Shown here piece by piece: positions 25,668-40,000 of a stretch of 64,000 nucleotides of DNA. The notes beneath the pieces are model-generated. The model made no database searches. It saw nothing but the letters and a program-made list of their open reading frames with translations, and was not told where the DNA came from. Every line of letters starts with the position of its first letter. The first letter of the stretch is position 1. The position numbers and the translations under genes are program-made. Source of the stretch: Octopus vulgaris (lineage: Eukaryota); assembly GCA_951406725.2 (NCBI GenBank), contig OX597829.1:41230001-41294000 (forward strand), written 5' to 3'.

Positions 25668-28600
25668 TTATTTATCATACAAGCAGTGTCATTTATTTGC
25701 AATATTCTGCAAGAAGATCTTTAGCCATGGAGAAATATTGCCTTACCTTACTTGGAAACAGACAAGGGACTTTGACAAGAAGGGAATCTGACCAATGAAA
25801 ATCTGCCTCAAATAAACTCCATTCAACCCAGTCAAGTATGGAAAAGTGGATATTAAATAATGTTGATGATGATGATGATGAACCAAGCTGGCTATTTTGT
25901 CAATTTCCTACATCATGTGAATGTAGTGTTACTAATCTACTTTTGTGCAGTTTAATAATGGAATAGACAGTAGTAGTTTTGAAGACAGTTACTGTGTGAG
26001 CTGCACGTGATCTCTCGACGTGTAAGAAGTAGCTGCCAAATATCCCTCAAATAACAGCCTATCATCCAAAAAAGCAGATACGGCTACATTGGATAATGTA
26101 CATTATACAGGAGGAGGTGGGGAAAGCTGATCAGATTGAATGTTTTTGATTATAGGTCACTCATCAAAGTTGACCTTGGGCTAAACACCATCAATGGTAT
26201 TTTATATATAATAACAGAATTCTTGATGTGATGATACACATTATCATCATCATCATCATCAACAGTATAATGTGCCCATTTCAACGAAACTGTGTTCTGA
26301 AAGTGTTGTGTTCCACCCACATGTAACAGTGAAATTTTTCACACACCCTGGCCCAATAAACCAAACTAAATTTCCTTTTCTCTTCCTCACATTTCCTCTT
26401 TTTTATGCACTCTACTTATCTCTCCCTAACCACTCTTGCACCAGCCCAAACCTGTCCTCACCCTCCTCTTTGTTCCCATGTTTCACTAGTCACTGCTTTC
26501 CCCTCTCACTTTTTGCATTCATGTGAAATCCCTACTTAAGTACCCTTGGCAATACTCTATCATCCCATTTATATTCTGATACCCATACCTTTAGGTATGC
26601 CCTGGCACATTACTACTTCTCTCTCACGCTCTCACACACACACTCTCTTTCTCGGGGGTGGGGGGTAACCATGTATCTCTTCTACAGTAAGATACCTGTT
26701 TCTGTCCCTTAGTCACACTCTAACCTCTCATCACCTGGCACAAGGCCACCTCTTCCAATGACCCCTCTCCTCTCGGAGGATTTTTGTCTTGTGAATTATT
26801 TGGTGACCCTGTCAACCCTGGTGCCATGTATAAAACATCCAGTCAACACTGTAAAGGGGTTGGCATTCGGAAGGGCATCCAGCTATAAAAATAATGCCAA
26901 AAGCAGACCCCGCCAATGCTGGTGCCATGTAAAAGCACTCAATCTACTCTGTATGATGCTTGGTGTTTGAAAGGGCATCCTGCCTTAAAAGCCATGCCAA
27001 AACAGACAGTGAAGCCTGGTGAGATCTTCTGGCTTGCCAACTCCTGTCAAATTGTCCAACCATGCCAACACAGAAAACAAATATTGATGATGATGACATT
27101 GAGGGCTGGGTATGTTTTAACAAAGGCCTGTAACAGCATCACTGACAGGTTGACACCAAGCCAATGCACATGCGAGAGAGAATGAATCTATATGATTGAT
27201 CAACTTACTAGAAATAGCAGCCAGATTACTCCCAAATCAGACCTTTCTTAAATAAGGCAAGGCCAGATTGGATAATGCACTCCTAGATACACCTTGAAAA
27301 AAAGACAGGATGGCTATGATTGGAAAGCTTTTGATCATACAATTTCTTGATCATGGTTCATTTGAGGGTAAACAAGAACACCTGACAGATTTGTTGGCTT
27401 TTTTTACCTGTAGGCTTACATATTATAACTTCCATGCTAGTTAAATATCTTTATATGTATAATTTTATTAGTTAGTTGTATGGAGTTCTATGCCCATCGT
27501 CAGTTTCAACAAATATTGTTGTTCTCAATTGCAGGACCAATTAATAGAGAGATGCGTCACCTCATCCAGAGCCTACAGAACCACAACCAGCAACTGAAGG
27601 GTGAAGCAGGTCGCTACAAACGGCGGCTGAAAGAGGCAAATGCTGAACTGAGCAAGGTAAGAAGCCATGTTAAGATTAGAAAAAAATATCTTTTATTATT
27701 CTATTTATTTTATTTTAATATAGCTTTTAAATGTTTAGGATGCTGCTGACGTTAGTAGCATGTCTACTTTTGTCATAAGAGACAACCACAGAAATGGAGA
27801 GTATATATATATGATTTCTTACAGTTAAGGCTATCCTTTCCTTAATTGCTAAAAATTGTACATATGCTCTCTGATCACATAGTGTTTCTTTCTCTCACTC
27901 TCCCTTACTCTTTCTCATATTCCGTCACTTTGTATGTGTATTGCCCTCTCTATCACCTTATAATTATGTCTCTCTCAGTGGCTCCTTCTGTGACAGTTCA
28001 CCCTCTTAGCATTATGATGACACTGCACTCTGATCATCCTATGCAACACTGTAGAGAGATGTGGCAAAGGTAATCAACCAGGAGGTTGGAATCACTGGCA
28101 GCCATCTATGAGATAGCTCAGTGGCTCCCAATAAAACTCTGCAGGCCAGAGTAAAGGCAGCATATCTAGGACAGTAACTGAATAATATATATGAAGCAGG
28201 CGTCTCCTCCAAACAACAGCAATGGCAACCTGCCTAGGAGGGCGGCAACTTTGAATAAATGTTGATACTGTGGAGAGAGGATATGTCAGTCCTGTCCAAA
28301 AAACTCTCTAGTGTAGTGGGCATGATAAAGTGCACCATGTCCATGCTGTTAAGTAATTTGTGATAGAAAGGCCTGACAGCTATAAAAAACACTGCAAATA
28401 ACAAATACCCTAGTTATATATACAGGGCTCACACTTTGTTAGTGCTGTGCATGATAATGGGGTAGCTGGATGAAAACATCTGGACACATGTAAGAACCCC
28501 CTCCCCTCAACCATCATCAAACGATCGCACCGACTCTCTTCCTTTCAGATGCAGAAAATAGATCTCAAACAGCCAAAACACCATATGAAACGCCCATCTC

Positions 28601-31600
28601 CTGGGCAAGTGAAAAACTTCAGGGCTGCCGCCATCAACGTTGTTGGCACAATAAAAGGTAGGTCTGGTATGATTATAGAGGTGCTACAGTGGAGGGAAGT
28701 AGAGTGTACTGTGTGCAGTTGAAGGAGTAGGCATATTGCTGGCTGAAGAAATAAGTATGTAAAGCAATTGAGCTAGTCAGAATATGTAACAGAATAATTA
28801 AGCACATACAGCCTTCTGGCTTCCCAGAACCTCGGTCGAACCGTCCAACCCATGCTAGCATGGAGAACGGACGTTAAACGACGATGATGATGATGATGAT
28901 ACTAGTCATAGGCTGTATGACAGTAAAAGTGATCACAGTATTTGCTCCACATATGCGGTGACGAGCTGGCAGAATCGTTAACACGCTGGGCAAAATGTTT
29001 AATGGTATTTCTTCTGCCATTACGTTCTGAGTTCAAATTCCGCTGAGGTCAACTTTGCCTTTCATCCTTTTGGGATCGATAAATTAAGTACCAGTTACGC
29101 ACTGGGGTCGATGTAATCGACTTAATCTGTTTGTATGTCCTTGTTTGTCCTCTCTGTTTGGCCCCTTGTGGGTAATAAAGAAATAAGTATACGCTCCACA
29201 TGCATTTTTACGAGGCTTATTTGCAAAGTACCTTGATAACAGATAGCTGTAATCCTGCTATCGTGATTGGTGGCTTTAATGGATACATTGAACAGTACTG
29301 TCATGGTTGTTGTGGTGTAAAGGAGACTGTGGAATAAAGAGTGATCAAGGCTCTTGAAAGTCTGTGATACAAATAACCTATGAATTTTCTGCAATAACTT
29401 TAGGAAACTAGCCAGCCACTTGGTTATATAGCAATTAGATGAACATGCTAGGAAGACATGTTTTTCAGGAAATGGGACAGACAGATATTGTGATTAGTAA
29501 GTCTTTTGGGGTGGTGTGGAGGGTGTGAATATTATACTGCATGACATGGATTAGTGATTGGTGACTTCAGAGTAGGAACTAGGCAGAGCTAGGTACACAG
29601 GACAATCTAGAAGGAAGTATTTGATCATATGTATGTTGAAGATGAAAAGAGAGAGAGAGAGAGAGAGATGTGTAACATACAGCACAGCTGGGAGTTTCTG
29701 TGAGAGAACCTGCTTCAAGCTACATCAAATCTGTTAAGCAGCAACAAGGCTCCAGCACTATTCCACTCATGTTACAGAAGATAACTTGGTAGTGGAATGG
29801 TACTGTAGATAGAAATATTATTGGGACGTCTGAATGAAAGTAAGGAATGGAGAATAATATAAGTTAGCTTGTTGAGTGACTAGATGACAGGTATACTCAA
29901 CAAAGAGTCAAGAGGGAAAACTAAATGGTTTACCTTTGTCAGAAATGTGAGATGTTTCTAATTGCAAAGCAGTGTATGAATCAAGCCATTAGTAAGAAGA
30001 CTACACAGGTACCAATATGTGATGCTTATGGAGGGTGTCAGTTGGGACGTCTGAATGAAAGTAAAGGAATGGAGAATAAGTTGATACTTGTTGAGTGACT
30101 AGATGACAGGTATGACTCAACAAAGAGTCAAGAGGGCAAAACTAAGTATGGTCGTTACCTTCTGAGTTCAAAATGTGAGGTTGACTTTGCCTTTCTAATT
30201 GCAAAGCAGTGATATGAATCAAGCACTGGGGTAATAAGACTTACACAGGTACCAATATGTGATGCTTATGGAGGGTGTCAGCCCCTTGGGGCAATAAAGA
30301 AATAAGATTGAAAGACTGCAAAAGTTAAGACACCAAGATGACAAAAGACGAGCTGGCAGAAACGCTACCATGCCCCGGGTCAGATAGGCACGGACATAAA
30401 ATAATGTCGTAAATACGTTCTGAGTTCAAATTCTGCCGAGGTTGACTTTGCCTTTCATCCTTTCAGGGTTGATAAATTAAGTACAAGTGAGGCACTGGGG
30501 TCGATATAATCGACTTAATCCCTTTGTCTGTCCTTGTTTGTCCCCTCTATGTTTAGCCCCTTGTGGGCAATAAAGAATAAGATGACGAAAGACTGCAACA
30601 AGTCATAAGACTTTGTACTAGCGACTAGATCTATCCAACCCATGCAGTCATGGACAATCGTCATGCCATGCCTGCATGGGTCAGATAGGCACGGACATAA
30701 AATAATGGTAAATGAATGAGACAATGCATCCCCTTACATCAAGAGGTAACTCAGCCTGTCAGTAACAGAGATTGATAAAATAAGTACCAGGGTTGATGTG
30801 ATCAACTAAATATACTTAAAAGTGATACCCCAACATCACCACAGTCCAATGAATGGAATGAGGAAAAGAATGATTTATATACAGATATACTCAATCTAAG
30901 TGAGATATATTATACTCATCACATATATATTTGTGTGTGTGTGTGTTTGTATATGTATATTCTTATTAATATTTAGCAGAAGTAACAGAGCGACTCAAGG
31001 TCCAAGAGTTTTGTGCATTGGCATTTATCAAACTTATAAAGTTATACATATACTCATATTTTGAGTTCTGTTTTTCCTGTTTGCATTGTATATATATGTA
31101 TATATATCTGTGCCCTAAAAAAATGGTCAAAATGGAATATCTTTGATCAAGGCTGACTTGGGACTGAGCAGCAACTCCCAAAGCTTTACGTAAGTGCTAA
31201 CAATGAAAGACCAACAAAAAAAAAAAAAAGAAACTGAAAAAATGAACAACAGATTGATCTAATATATGTAATAGGTATGTTCTCTCCCATTACCGGTGAC
31301 ACATTTAAAATGGAACCACTCTAACAGGCATGTCTTTTTCGTATTGTGTATTTTTCTCTAGTTGAAATCTGAAGGAGCAGCACAAGAGGCTAGCAAGGAT
31401 GAAGCATCGATGTCGTCTTCATCTGGAACAACAACTGCCGGAAGTACAGGGGCAGGAACAGCACCTGTCTATGTACCACCCAAAGCAGAAGCGGAACCTG
31501 TCGTTTTGAAGAAACCTGATGAGGACGAGAAGGATTTTGATGTGAAAGACAAAGGTCGCTCAGAGTCAGAGATTATAAAAGATTTACGAGCTCAGTTAAA

Positions 31601-34600
31601 GTGAGTTGAATCTGGTTATTTGTGGGTGTGTGGGGGTGGGGTATGATGTCAAAAGAGTTAATATACTTTCAAGAGAACATGGAATAATTCTTTTCGGACT
31701 TAGGTCTCAAAGCACATGAAGTTATAAATAAATATTAAAAGTTGGTTGAAAAACCATTTTGGTTGATGGAGGCTAAATCTTTTAAAATTGGAAGAGAAAA
31801 AAAAACTAGTTGGAGACAGCAATTTGAAGACAGGGTTGGTTAGTCGTAAACAAGGAATTTAGTGAACAGACAAAAAAAAAAGGTAGAAATTTATGTTTAA
31901 ATGGATTTCTATTTGCTTCAAAATTATTCCACTTCTTCAATCAACTATTCCTTTTTCATCCAAGAGTTACTAGACAGGCACTTGCACTTTTAACTTAATT
32001 CTAAGACATTGTGTAACAATCGTCATCATTGTTCGACCATGGTTGAGACAATGCAATTTACTATGTTTCGCCAGACTTCACGGTCCATCATAGCATTACG
32101 GAGGTCCTGTTGCTGGATGCCTGTATTTCTGGAGATTACATCAGGGTAGGAGAGTGTATGCCCTCTGGTATCGCAAGCAGATGGCTTCCAGAGGAGAAGA
32201 GTAGAAATTACCTCGTTTTCAGCTCTACAACAATGTCCAGCAAACTGGACTCTTCTGCCTTTCACAAGAGATGATACAGGTGGTAACTTCCCATATATTT
32301 GTACTTTGGTTGGATGACACTTCCATGAGAGATTTTGAGCTCTCATAAGGAGGCGAGTGTAGGTTCCATCCAACCGCCTCTCAAGCTTCTTTGATAACGT
32401 CCAGGTTTCTGAGCCATATAGTAGAATTGGTTCGACTGTGGCTTTGAAGATTTTAAGTTTGAAATCTCTACTTAGATTTGTGTAACAAAGCTGGCCCTTT
32501 AGAAAAAGCAGGTGTAGTCCACTCCATAGATTCCTGCAATTTCTGTGTGCTTAGTTTCACTTGCATGACTTGAGTCGATCCAAGGCTGTGGTAGAAGACG
32601 TGAATCCAAGTTGCCATGTTCTGGAATTGAACCCAGTCCCTCATGATTGCAAACTTACATTCTTAACTATTCATCTGGTCTTACACCCATAAAGCTGCAA
32701 CTTAATTAAGTTTGATATTAACAAGCATTAAATTAAATTTTACATGAACATAATTGGATATTACTGAAGAGCACAGCCTGTTCTCTCTCTCCCTCTCTCT
32801 CTTTTCTCTTTCTCTCTCTTCTTTCCCCTCTCTCCTTCCTCATCTCTGTTTAGGAATGTCTAAAGTAGATATAAACAGAGTGTCAGGTTTAAATTATATT
32901 GAAGAGTAATGTATAGACAACAATATTAATAATTCATGCAATTTATTATTGATTGGTCGTCTGATTTACTTAATTAGGAAGAACCAAGACAGCCAGAAGG
33001 AAATGAAGTTGCTACTGGATATGTACAAGAGTTCATCATCAAAAGAGAATCGTGACAAAGTTCAGGTAAAATCTCCATCTTAGGCAATAAACATGAGAAA
33101 TCATTATGATTAAATTTAATAAACTACACCACTGGTTCTCAACTGGGTTCCATATGAACCAGTGGGGTGGAGGTGGGGGTGTCCATTTAAGATTTTGTTG
33201 TTAAAGTTTTTGTGTAATAGATTGGTTATACTCCTATAATACACCCAAAATATCTTAACAACTTTTTTTATGCAATTCCTAATAGTATTAGTAAAAAAAA
33301 AAATATATGTGATTTTTTTTAAACATCAAATGGCTAGGTGGATCCATCTGAGTTAAAGAGGTATCAAAGGAGTCCATAGGTAGAGGAATGGTTGAGAAAC
33401 TGATTGATTTAGTTTAAACTAGCACTATGACCCGGCAACGTCGGGTCATAGTGCTAGTGCATGCATATACAGCTGCGTGCGTGCGCACATACACGCGAGT
33501 ACTGTCCAAATCTCCGACCAATCACATACAGCTAGCTGGCATTCAATTGGTGTATCAAGTTTCGGGCATTTTGATTGGGTTTTGGATAGAAAATTCACAA
33601 AAAAAAGTAACTTCTATTGATTTTTTAATGGCTTTGCGGGGTTACTGGGGAAATGTAAAGATGTTCTAGACCACCCTTGGACGGTTTTGAATGACCATAG
33701 AAAGTGCGAGCCCTCTAACTGAAAAATTGTGGATTTGCATAAAGGACACACACACAAACAGACATTTTGCCATTTATATATATAGAGATTTATTCTGTGT
33801 CAAGTTAGATTTACAATCAACATCATCACCATCATTAGTATCATCACTACCGCCACCATTATTATTATTGTTTAGTGTCCATTTTCCCCATGCTGGCATG
33901 GGTTTGACACCTTGACAGGAGTTGGCGAACCAGAGGACCACAATTGTATGCACTGAATAAGTCAGTAGTACTAAATATCTTGTAAGAAGATAATATATCA
34001 CTATTGAGTATGCTTGGTAAAGCTTTCTGGTGTAAGAAAATAATTTAGTTTACCATCACACAGTTATAATAAGTTACTTTACATAATTCTAATATCTGTG
34101 TGCATTGGGCACTCTTTTTTTGTTTGCACAACAAAAAATAAACAAACAAATATCTATCTTAGCAATCCTGTAAATTTTTTTCGTTTCCATAAAAAGAGGC
34201 AAATATTATTTCTTGTCTTATATATATCACCGTGACTGACCAGGCTCTCAGATGTTGCTACACATTGCTGGTCACAATGTGCTTCGCATTGTTTTAGCCT
34301 TCATATGACTCCACCCTGCTGGCTAAGTGAGCAGGCCAACAGAAGAAAGGGTGAGAGAAAGTTATGGCGAAAGAGTACAGCAGGGATCGCCACCACCTCC
34401 TGCCAGAACCTCGTGGAGCTTTAGGTGTTTCCACTCAATAAACACTCACAACGCCCAGTCTGGGAATCGAAACCGCAAATCCGCTGCCCTAACCCCTGGG
34501 CCATTGCACCTAACCCTAACCCCCTATATGTATATATATATTAAATAATGAGTGTAGAAAATTGATATCAATCAATTTAAACCAGTGGTCTAGCATATTC

Positions 34601-36977
34601 AAAAAAATTCAAAGATTTAAAAATTATATTACAGTTAATAAGAGGAATGACCACTAAAGTGGATTCCTTTATGCTAGTGATAGATGTCAAATCGCCTTAC
34701 CACAAAGAGTGTTTTCTCAAGAAAAAAACCAGCTAACGCCAAAATGTAAAAGATAAACAAGGCAAATGAAAAATTTACAAAATAAAACGATTACTTACGA
34801 ATCATGATTTCATTATTAATACTTGCAAAATGCAAGTATCTGTAAATCTTCAGTATAGCCTGTTGTATTTCAAAACATATTTCACAGAACTATACACAGA
34901 TATGTTTTCCCCGAAAGAAAACTCATGTACATTTCTACAAAATATATTTGTGGTATTTTTCAAAAGCCTTGAGAACACACTCTTGTGGTAAGGCGATTTG
35001 ACGTCTATTTCTAGCGTACAGGAATCCACTTTAGTGGTCATTCCTCTTATTAATTGTAATATATATATATAAGTTCAGCAAAATTTAGATTCAGATGAAT
35101 ATGGTACTTAAGTTAAAGGCACCAGAATTTTGTATGATATTTTCCATATAAATCAAATGGGGTGATTATAATCTAAATAAGCAACAAGGGTATCCAAGGT
35201 AGTTATTATAGCATAAAACGATTGTACTACACTACCTTGGATATCCTTGTTACTTATTTTGAGTGTATATATATATATATATACGTACATACATATATAT
35301 ACATGGAAGGGGGTGCAAAGTTCTTGGCTTTAGGTAAGAGAAAATACTGGAGGATCAGTTAATTATGATTTTATTCCACATATTCCCCTCTCAGATTCAC
35401 ACACTTATTGCAGTGGTCCTTCAGTTTTTCTAAGCCCTGTAAAAGAACTCAGAAGGTTGGGCTTCCAACCAGGCTTTTCGTGGTACCCCTAAAACCAGGA
35501 ACTTTTCACTGCCCCCCCTCCCCCCGCTCGTGTACAGTAATAGACAAATAAAGTGGAATCTATCTGTTTTGCTCAATAGCTATCTTACTCTTTTACTTGT
35601 TTCAGCCATTTCATTATGGCCATGCTGGAGCACCGTCTTTAGTCGAGCAAATTGACCCCAGGACTTATTCTTTGTAAGCCTAGTACTTATTCTATCGGTC
35701 CCTTTTGCCGAACTGCTAAGTTACGGGGACGTAAACACAGCAGCATTGGTTGTTAAGCGATGGTGGGGGGACAAACACAGACACATATACATATATACGA
35801 CAGGCTTCTTTCAGTTTCCGTCTACCAAATCCACTCACAAGGCTTTGGTTGGCCCGAGGCTATAGTAGAAGACACTTGCTTAAGGTGCCACGCAGTGGGA
35901 ATGAACCCAGAACCATGTGGTTCGTAAGCAAACTACTTACCACACAGCCACTCCTACGCCTATGTAGCTGTGTATTTTCTGTACTTAACTGTCTGTTTTA
36001 ACTCTGTATATTTGGTGTGTTGCAGTTAATGAAAGCAGAAAAGAAAGCTCGTCAAGAGGTTGAAGATCTCCACAATCACATTCGAAAGATGCAGGAAGCC
36101 GAGCGCAAGGAACGTCGGAAGTTGGCTGATGATGATGCTTTGCGTAAGATTAAGAAACTTGAAGACACAATCAGCGACTTGCAGAAGAGCCTAGCAGCAC
36201 AGAAACAGGTCAGATTTCTAACCAAAATTGATGGGAAAATTTAGTAACTGGATTGATGATTATAATACTGAGGTAACGCGCGCACACACACACATGTGTG
36301 TGTGTGTGTATTATGTGTATATATGTATATATATATATATATATATATACATCTAATATAGGATAAAATTTTTCGAAAAAATTTCTATCAATGGCCAGCA
36401 TATTAAAAAATACCTTTAAAGGTTAAATTTATAAACAACTTATAAACAAAGGCTAAAGAAAAGAATTCCAATGCCAAATATGCCGAAAATAGACAAAATC
36501 GTCAATAACCATATAATGCATCATTATAATGGTCGGCTTACTTGAAGACGCGTGCTTAGTGATGAATTATATGGTTATTGAAGATTTTGTCTATTTTCGG
36601 CATATTTGGCATTAGAATTTTTTTCTTTTGCCCTTGTTTATAAGTTGTTTATATATATATATATTACGGAGATGTACTTGCATAGCAAGTGATTTGATCT
36701 GAGATCGTGTGCTGGAACGAAAACAATTGCAGCGTGGAAGGTGTTTATAAGCCATTTAAGTTTAATTTGTCAAAATATTTTCGTCGCTATAAGACCGCGA
36801 CCTGTTTAATGGCAAAAATCAGTGAACAGAGATGCAGCATGGAGTTTTGTCAGTGAACAAGTTGCGGTCTTATAGCAACGAAAATATTTTGACAAATTAA
36901 ACTTAAATGTTGAAGTGAATCGAACGGCTTTTGTGTGTTTCTTAAATGGCTTACAAACGCCTTCCACGCTGCAATTG

Positions 36978-37022
<45 letters not shown>

Positions 37023-40000
37023 ATGTGTGTGTGTTGTGTATTTATATAATCATCATCATCAGTTAATGTCTGCCTTCCATGCTGTCATGTCTTGGATTGT
37101 TTGACAGGAGCTGGTCAGCTCTAAAGGATTGTGCCAAGCTCTACTGCCTGCCTCACCAAGTTCCACCTGACCCATGCAAGCATAGAAAAGTGGATGTTAG
37201 GTGATAACGAGTGTGTGTGTGTGCATGTGTATGTATGTATGTATATCATTATTTTACTGTCCGCTTTTCTATGCTTGCATGGGAAGGATGGAGTTTATTG
37301 AAGCAAATTTTCTATGGCCATATTTTCTTCCCGTTGCCAACAATCACCTGTAAGGTACTTGGAAAGTGAATATATAATTAAATTTTTGCATGAACATAAT
37401 TGAACATTAGAAAATTGCTATTTGTAAATCTCACAACGAGAGATATTCAGGAACAGTACTTTGGAGTAAAGATTGTTTGCCAACATAACATGGCAGATTG
37501 TGCCATATAGCCAGGTGGAGATGATGTCTCCTGAGGCTATATTACAGCAACATTCGTCCTAAACCAGGACTGCCATGTTATGTTGGCAAACAATCTTTTG
37601 TCCATAATTGAACATGCCTGAAGAGTGCAGCTCTCTCTCTTCTCTCTTTTCTCTTTCTCTCTCTCTCTTCTCTGTCCCTATTCTCTCTTCTCTCTCTGAC
37701 AAATGCATTCACATTCATTAAGATTTAATAATATTTTTCTTACTTTCCAATGTAGCGTGAAGAAGCGTTGCTCAGTGAAATGGATGTTACTGGCCAAGCA
37801 TTTGAGGACATGCAAGAACAGAATATGCGTTTGCTTCAGCAGTTAAAGGAGAAAGATGATGCCAACTTCAAGTTGATGTCAGAGGTTGGTGGATTTACTG
37901 GCTCTTATTTTATTTTATGTGCCAAAGATTCCAACGTCACCATCAAAATACAGGACCAGATACTGCAACAGCTTGGGTTTCAGAGGACCTCAGCTCTTCA
38001 ACATCCTCCCTAAATGCCTGAGAGACTTGCATGGTGTGGATGTGGGTTTCTTTAAAACTAAACTGGATCTCTTCTTGTTGGGGGTCCCAGATGAACCTAT
38101 CTCTCGGCAGGAGACACAGATGCAGGCAGCGGCATCGAACTCCCTTGTTGATCAAGTGCCACGTATCAGAGGTGGTTTCACATACTAGTGTAGCTCATTC
38201 AACGGTGGTGCCCCAGCATGGCCGCGGCCTTCGGGCTGAAGCATTTTTAAGGATTTAAGGACTAACTTGAGTAGAAATGTGTCAGTTGATAGGAGAATGA
38301 GATACATCATTTAAGACTGTGGTTCCCAACTAGGGTCCATGTAACAAAATAGTATATTGGGGGTCCACAATAGTATTTTAAGGGCCCTGAAAAGCCCTTG
38401 CTTTAGATGCAGGTACTGATATGTATTGCAAGAAAAGGTTTCTTTTCTCACATTTTACACACAAGTTAATGCGTAAAGAACAAAACAGAAATTTTGAAAG
38501 AAGTGTATATAAAACTTGTTTTTAAACATCGGATGGTTAGGTAGGGTCCACCAAAATAATATAATAATCAGAAGGGTCCAAGGTAAAATATGACTGAAAA
38601 TCCCTGATTTAAGAGATACATCTGTCTTCCATGCTGGCATAGGGTTGGACGGTTTGGTTAGAGTTGGAGAGCTGGGCCAGGTTCCAGTCATCTGTTTTTG
38701 GTTAAGCTGTATGGCTGGAAGCCCTTTCTAATACCTATTTCTTTACTTCCTCAGAGCTATATATATTTCTTTATTGCCCACAAGGGGCTAAACGTAGAGG
38801 GGACAAACAAGGACAGACAAACAGACTAAGTCGATTACATCGACCCCAGTGTGTAACTGGTACTTGTTTAATCGAGGATGAAAGGCAAAGTCGACCTTGG
38901 CGGAATTTGAACTCAGAACGTAACGACAGACTAAATACCACTAAGCATTTCGCCCGGCGTGCTAACGTTTCTGCCAGCTCGCCCTTCCTAATACCAACCA
39001 ATATAAAATAGCACACAGAGCATACAGAATGCTTTTTATATGACACTTGCACAGGTGCTTTTTACATAGCACTGGCACATGTTCTTCTTATATAGCACTA
39101 GCATGTGGTACTCCTGATGTACAACTGGCACAAGTACTTTTCTACGTAGAACTGGCACAGGTACTTTTTATGTGCCACCAGCATGAGTGTTTCTTTATGT
39201 AACTCTAGCATAGATGTTGCTTTACGTTACACTAACGCAAGGGTATTTTACATGGCACCAGTACAGGCAATTTTTACACGACATCAACACAAGTGCTTTC
39301 TACGTGGCACCAGTATGGGGGCTTTTTGCATGGCACCAGCATGTACATGAAATGATTGATATTGGTTATGTGTTGTAGAGATTGTCGTGAGTGGCGGGAA
39401 TTGTCACACATCACTTTCATAGCATAAGTTATCTGAAGGTATACACACAAACTGAATGATAATGATTATCGGCTCAGATAATAAAACAATTATATAAAAT
39501 ATATATATACATCCGTCTATACAAACATGTTTTGTATGTGTGTATATGTCTATATACACATGTATGTGTGTATATATCAAAATCAATGGAAATTGTAGTT
39601 GTGATACCAGAGCCGGTGGCACGTAAGAGAACCATACGAACATGGCCGTTGCCAGCGCCGCCCCGAATGGCCTCCGTGCCGGTGGCACGTAAAAAGCACC
39701 CACTACACTCACGGAGTGGTTGGCATTAGGAAAGGCATCCAGCTGTAGAAACACTGCCAGATCAGACTGGGCCTTTGTGCTGCCTTCTGGTTTCCCAGAC
39801 TCCAGTTAAACTGTCCAACCCATGCTAAGCGGACGTTAAACGATGATGATGATGACATGCATGTACATATACAAACATGTATGTATATATAGCTATAGAT
39901 ATATAGATACAGACACACACTCACACACACACTCATCATCAAAACCGGAACAGAATCCATCCTCTTATTTTCATTTTCAACACACACACAAAAACAATTT

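Noticed and set aside
34485-34525. Telomere-like ccctaa repeats
   Set aside because: Only 2-3 units, at a SINE head junction; insufficient for an interstitial telomere call.
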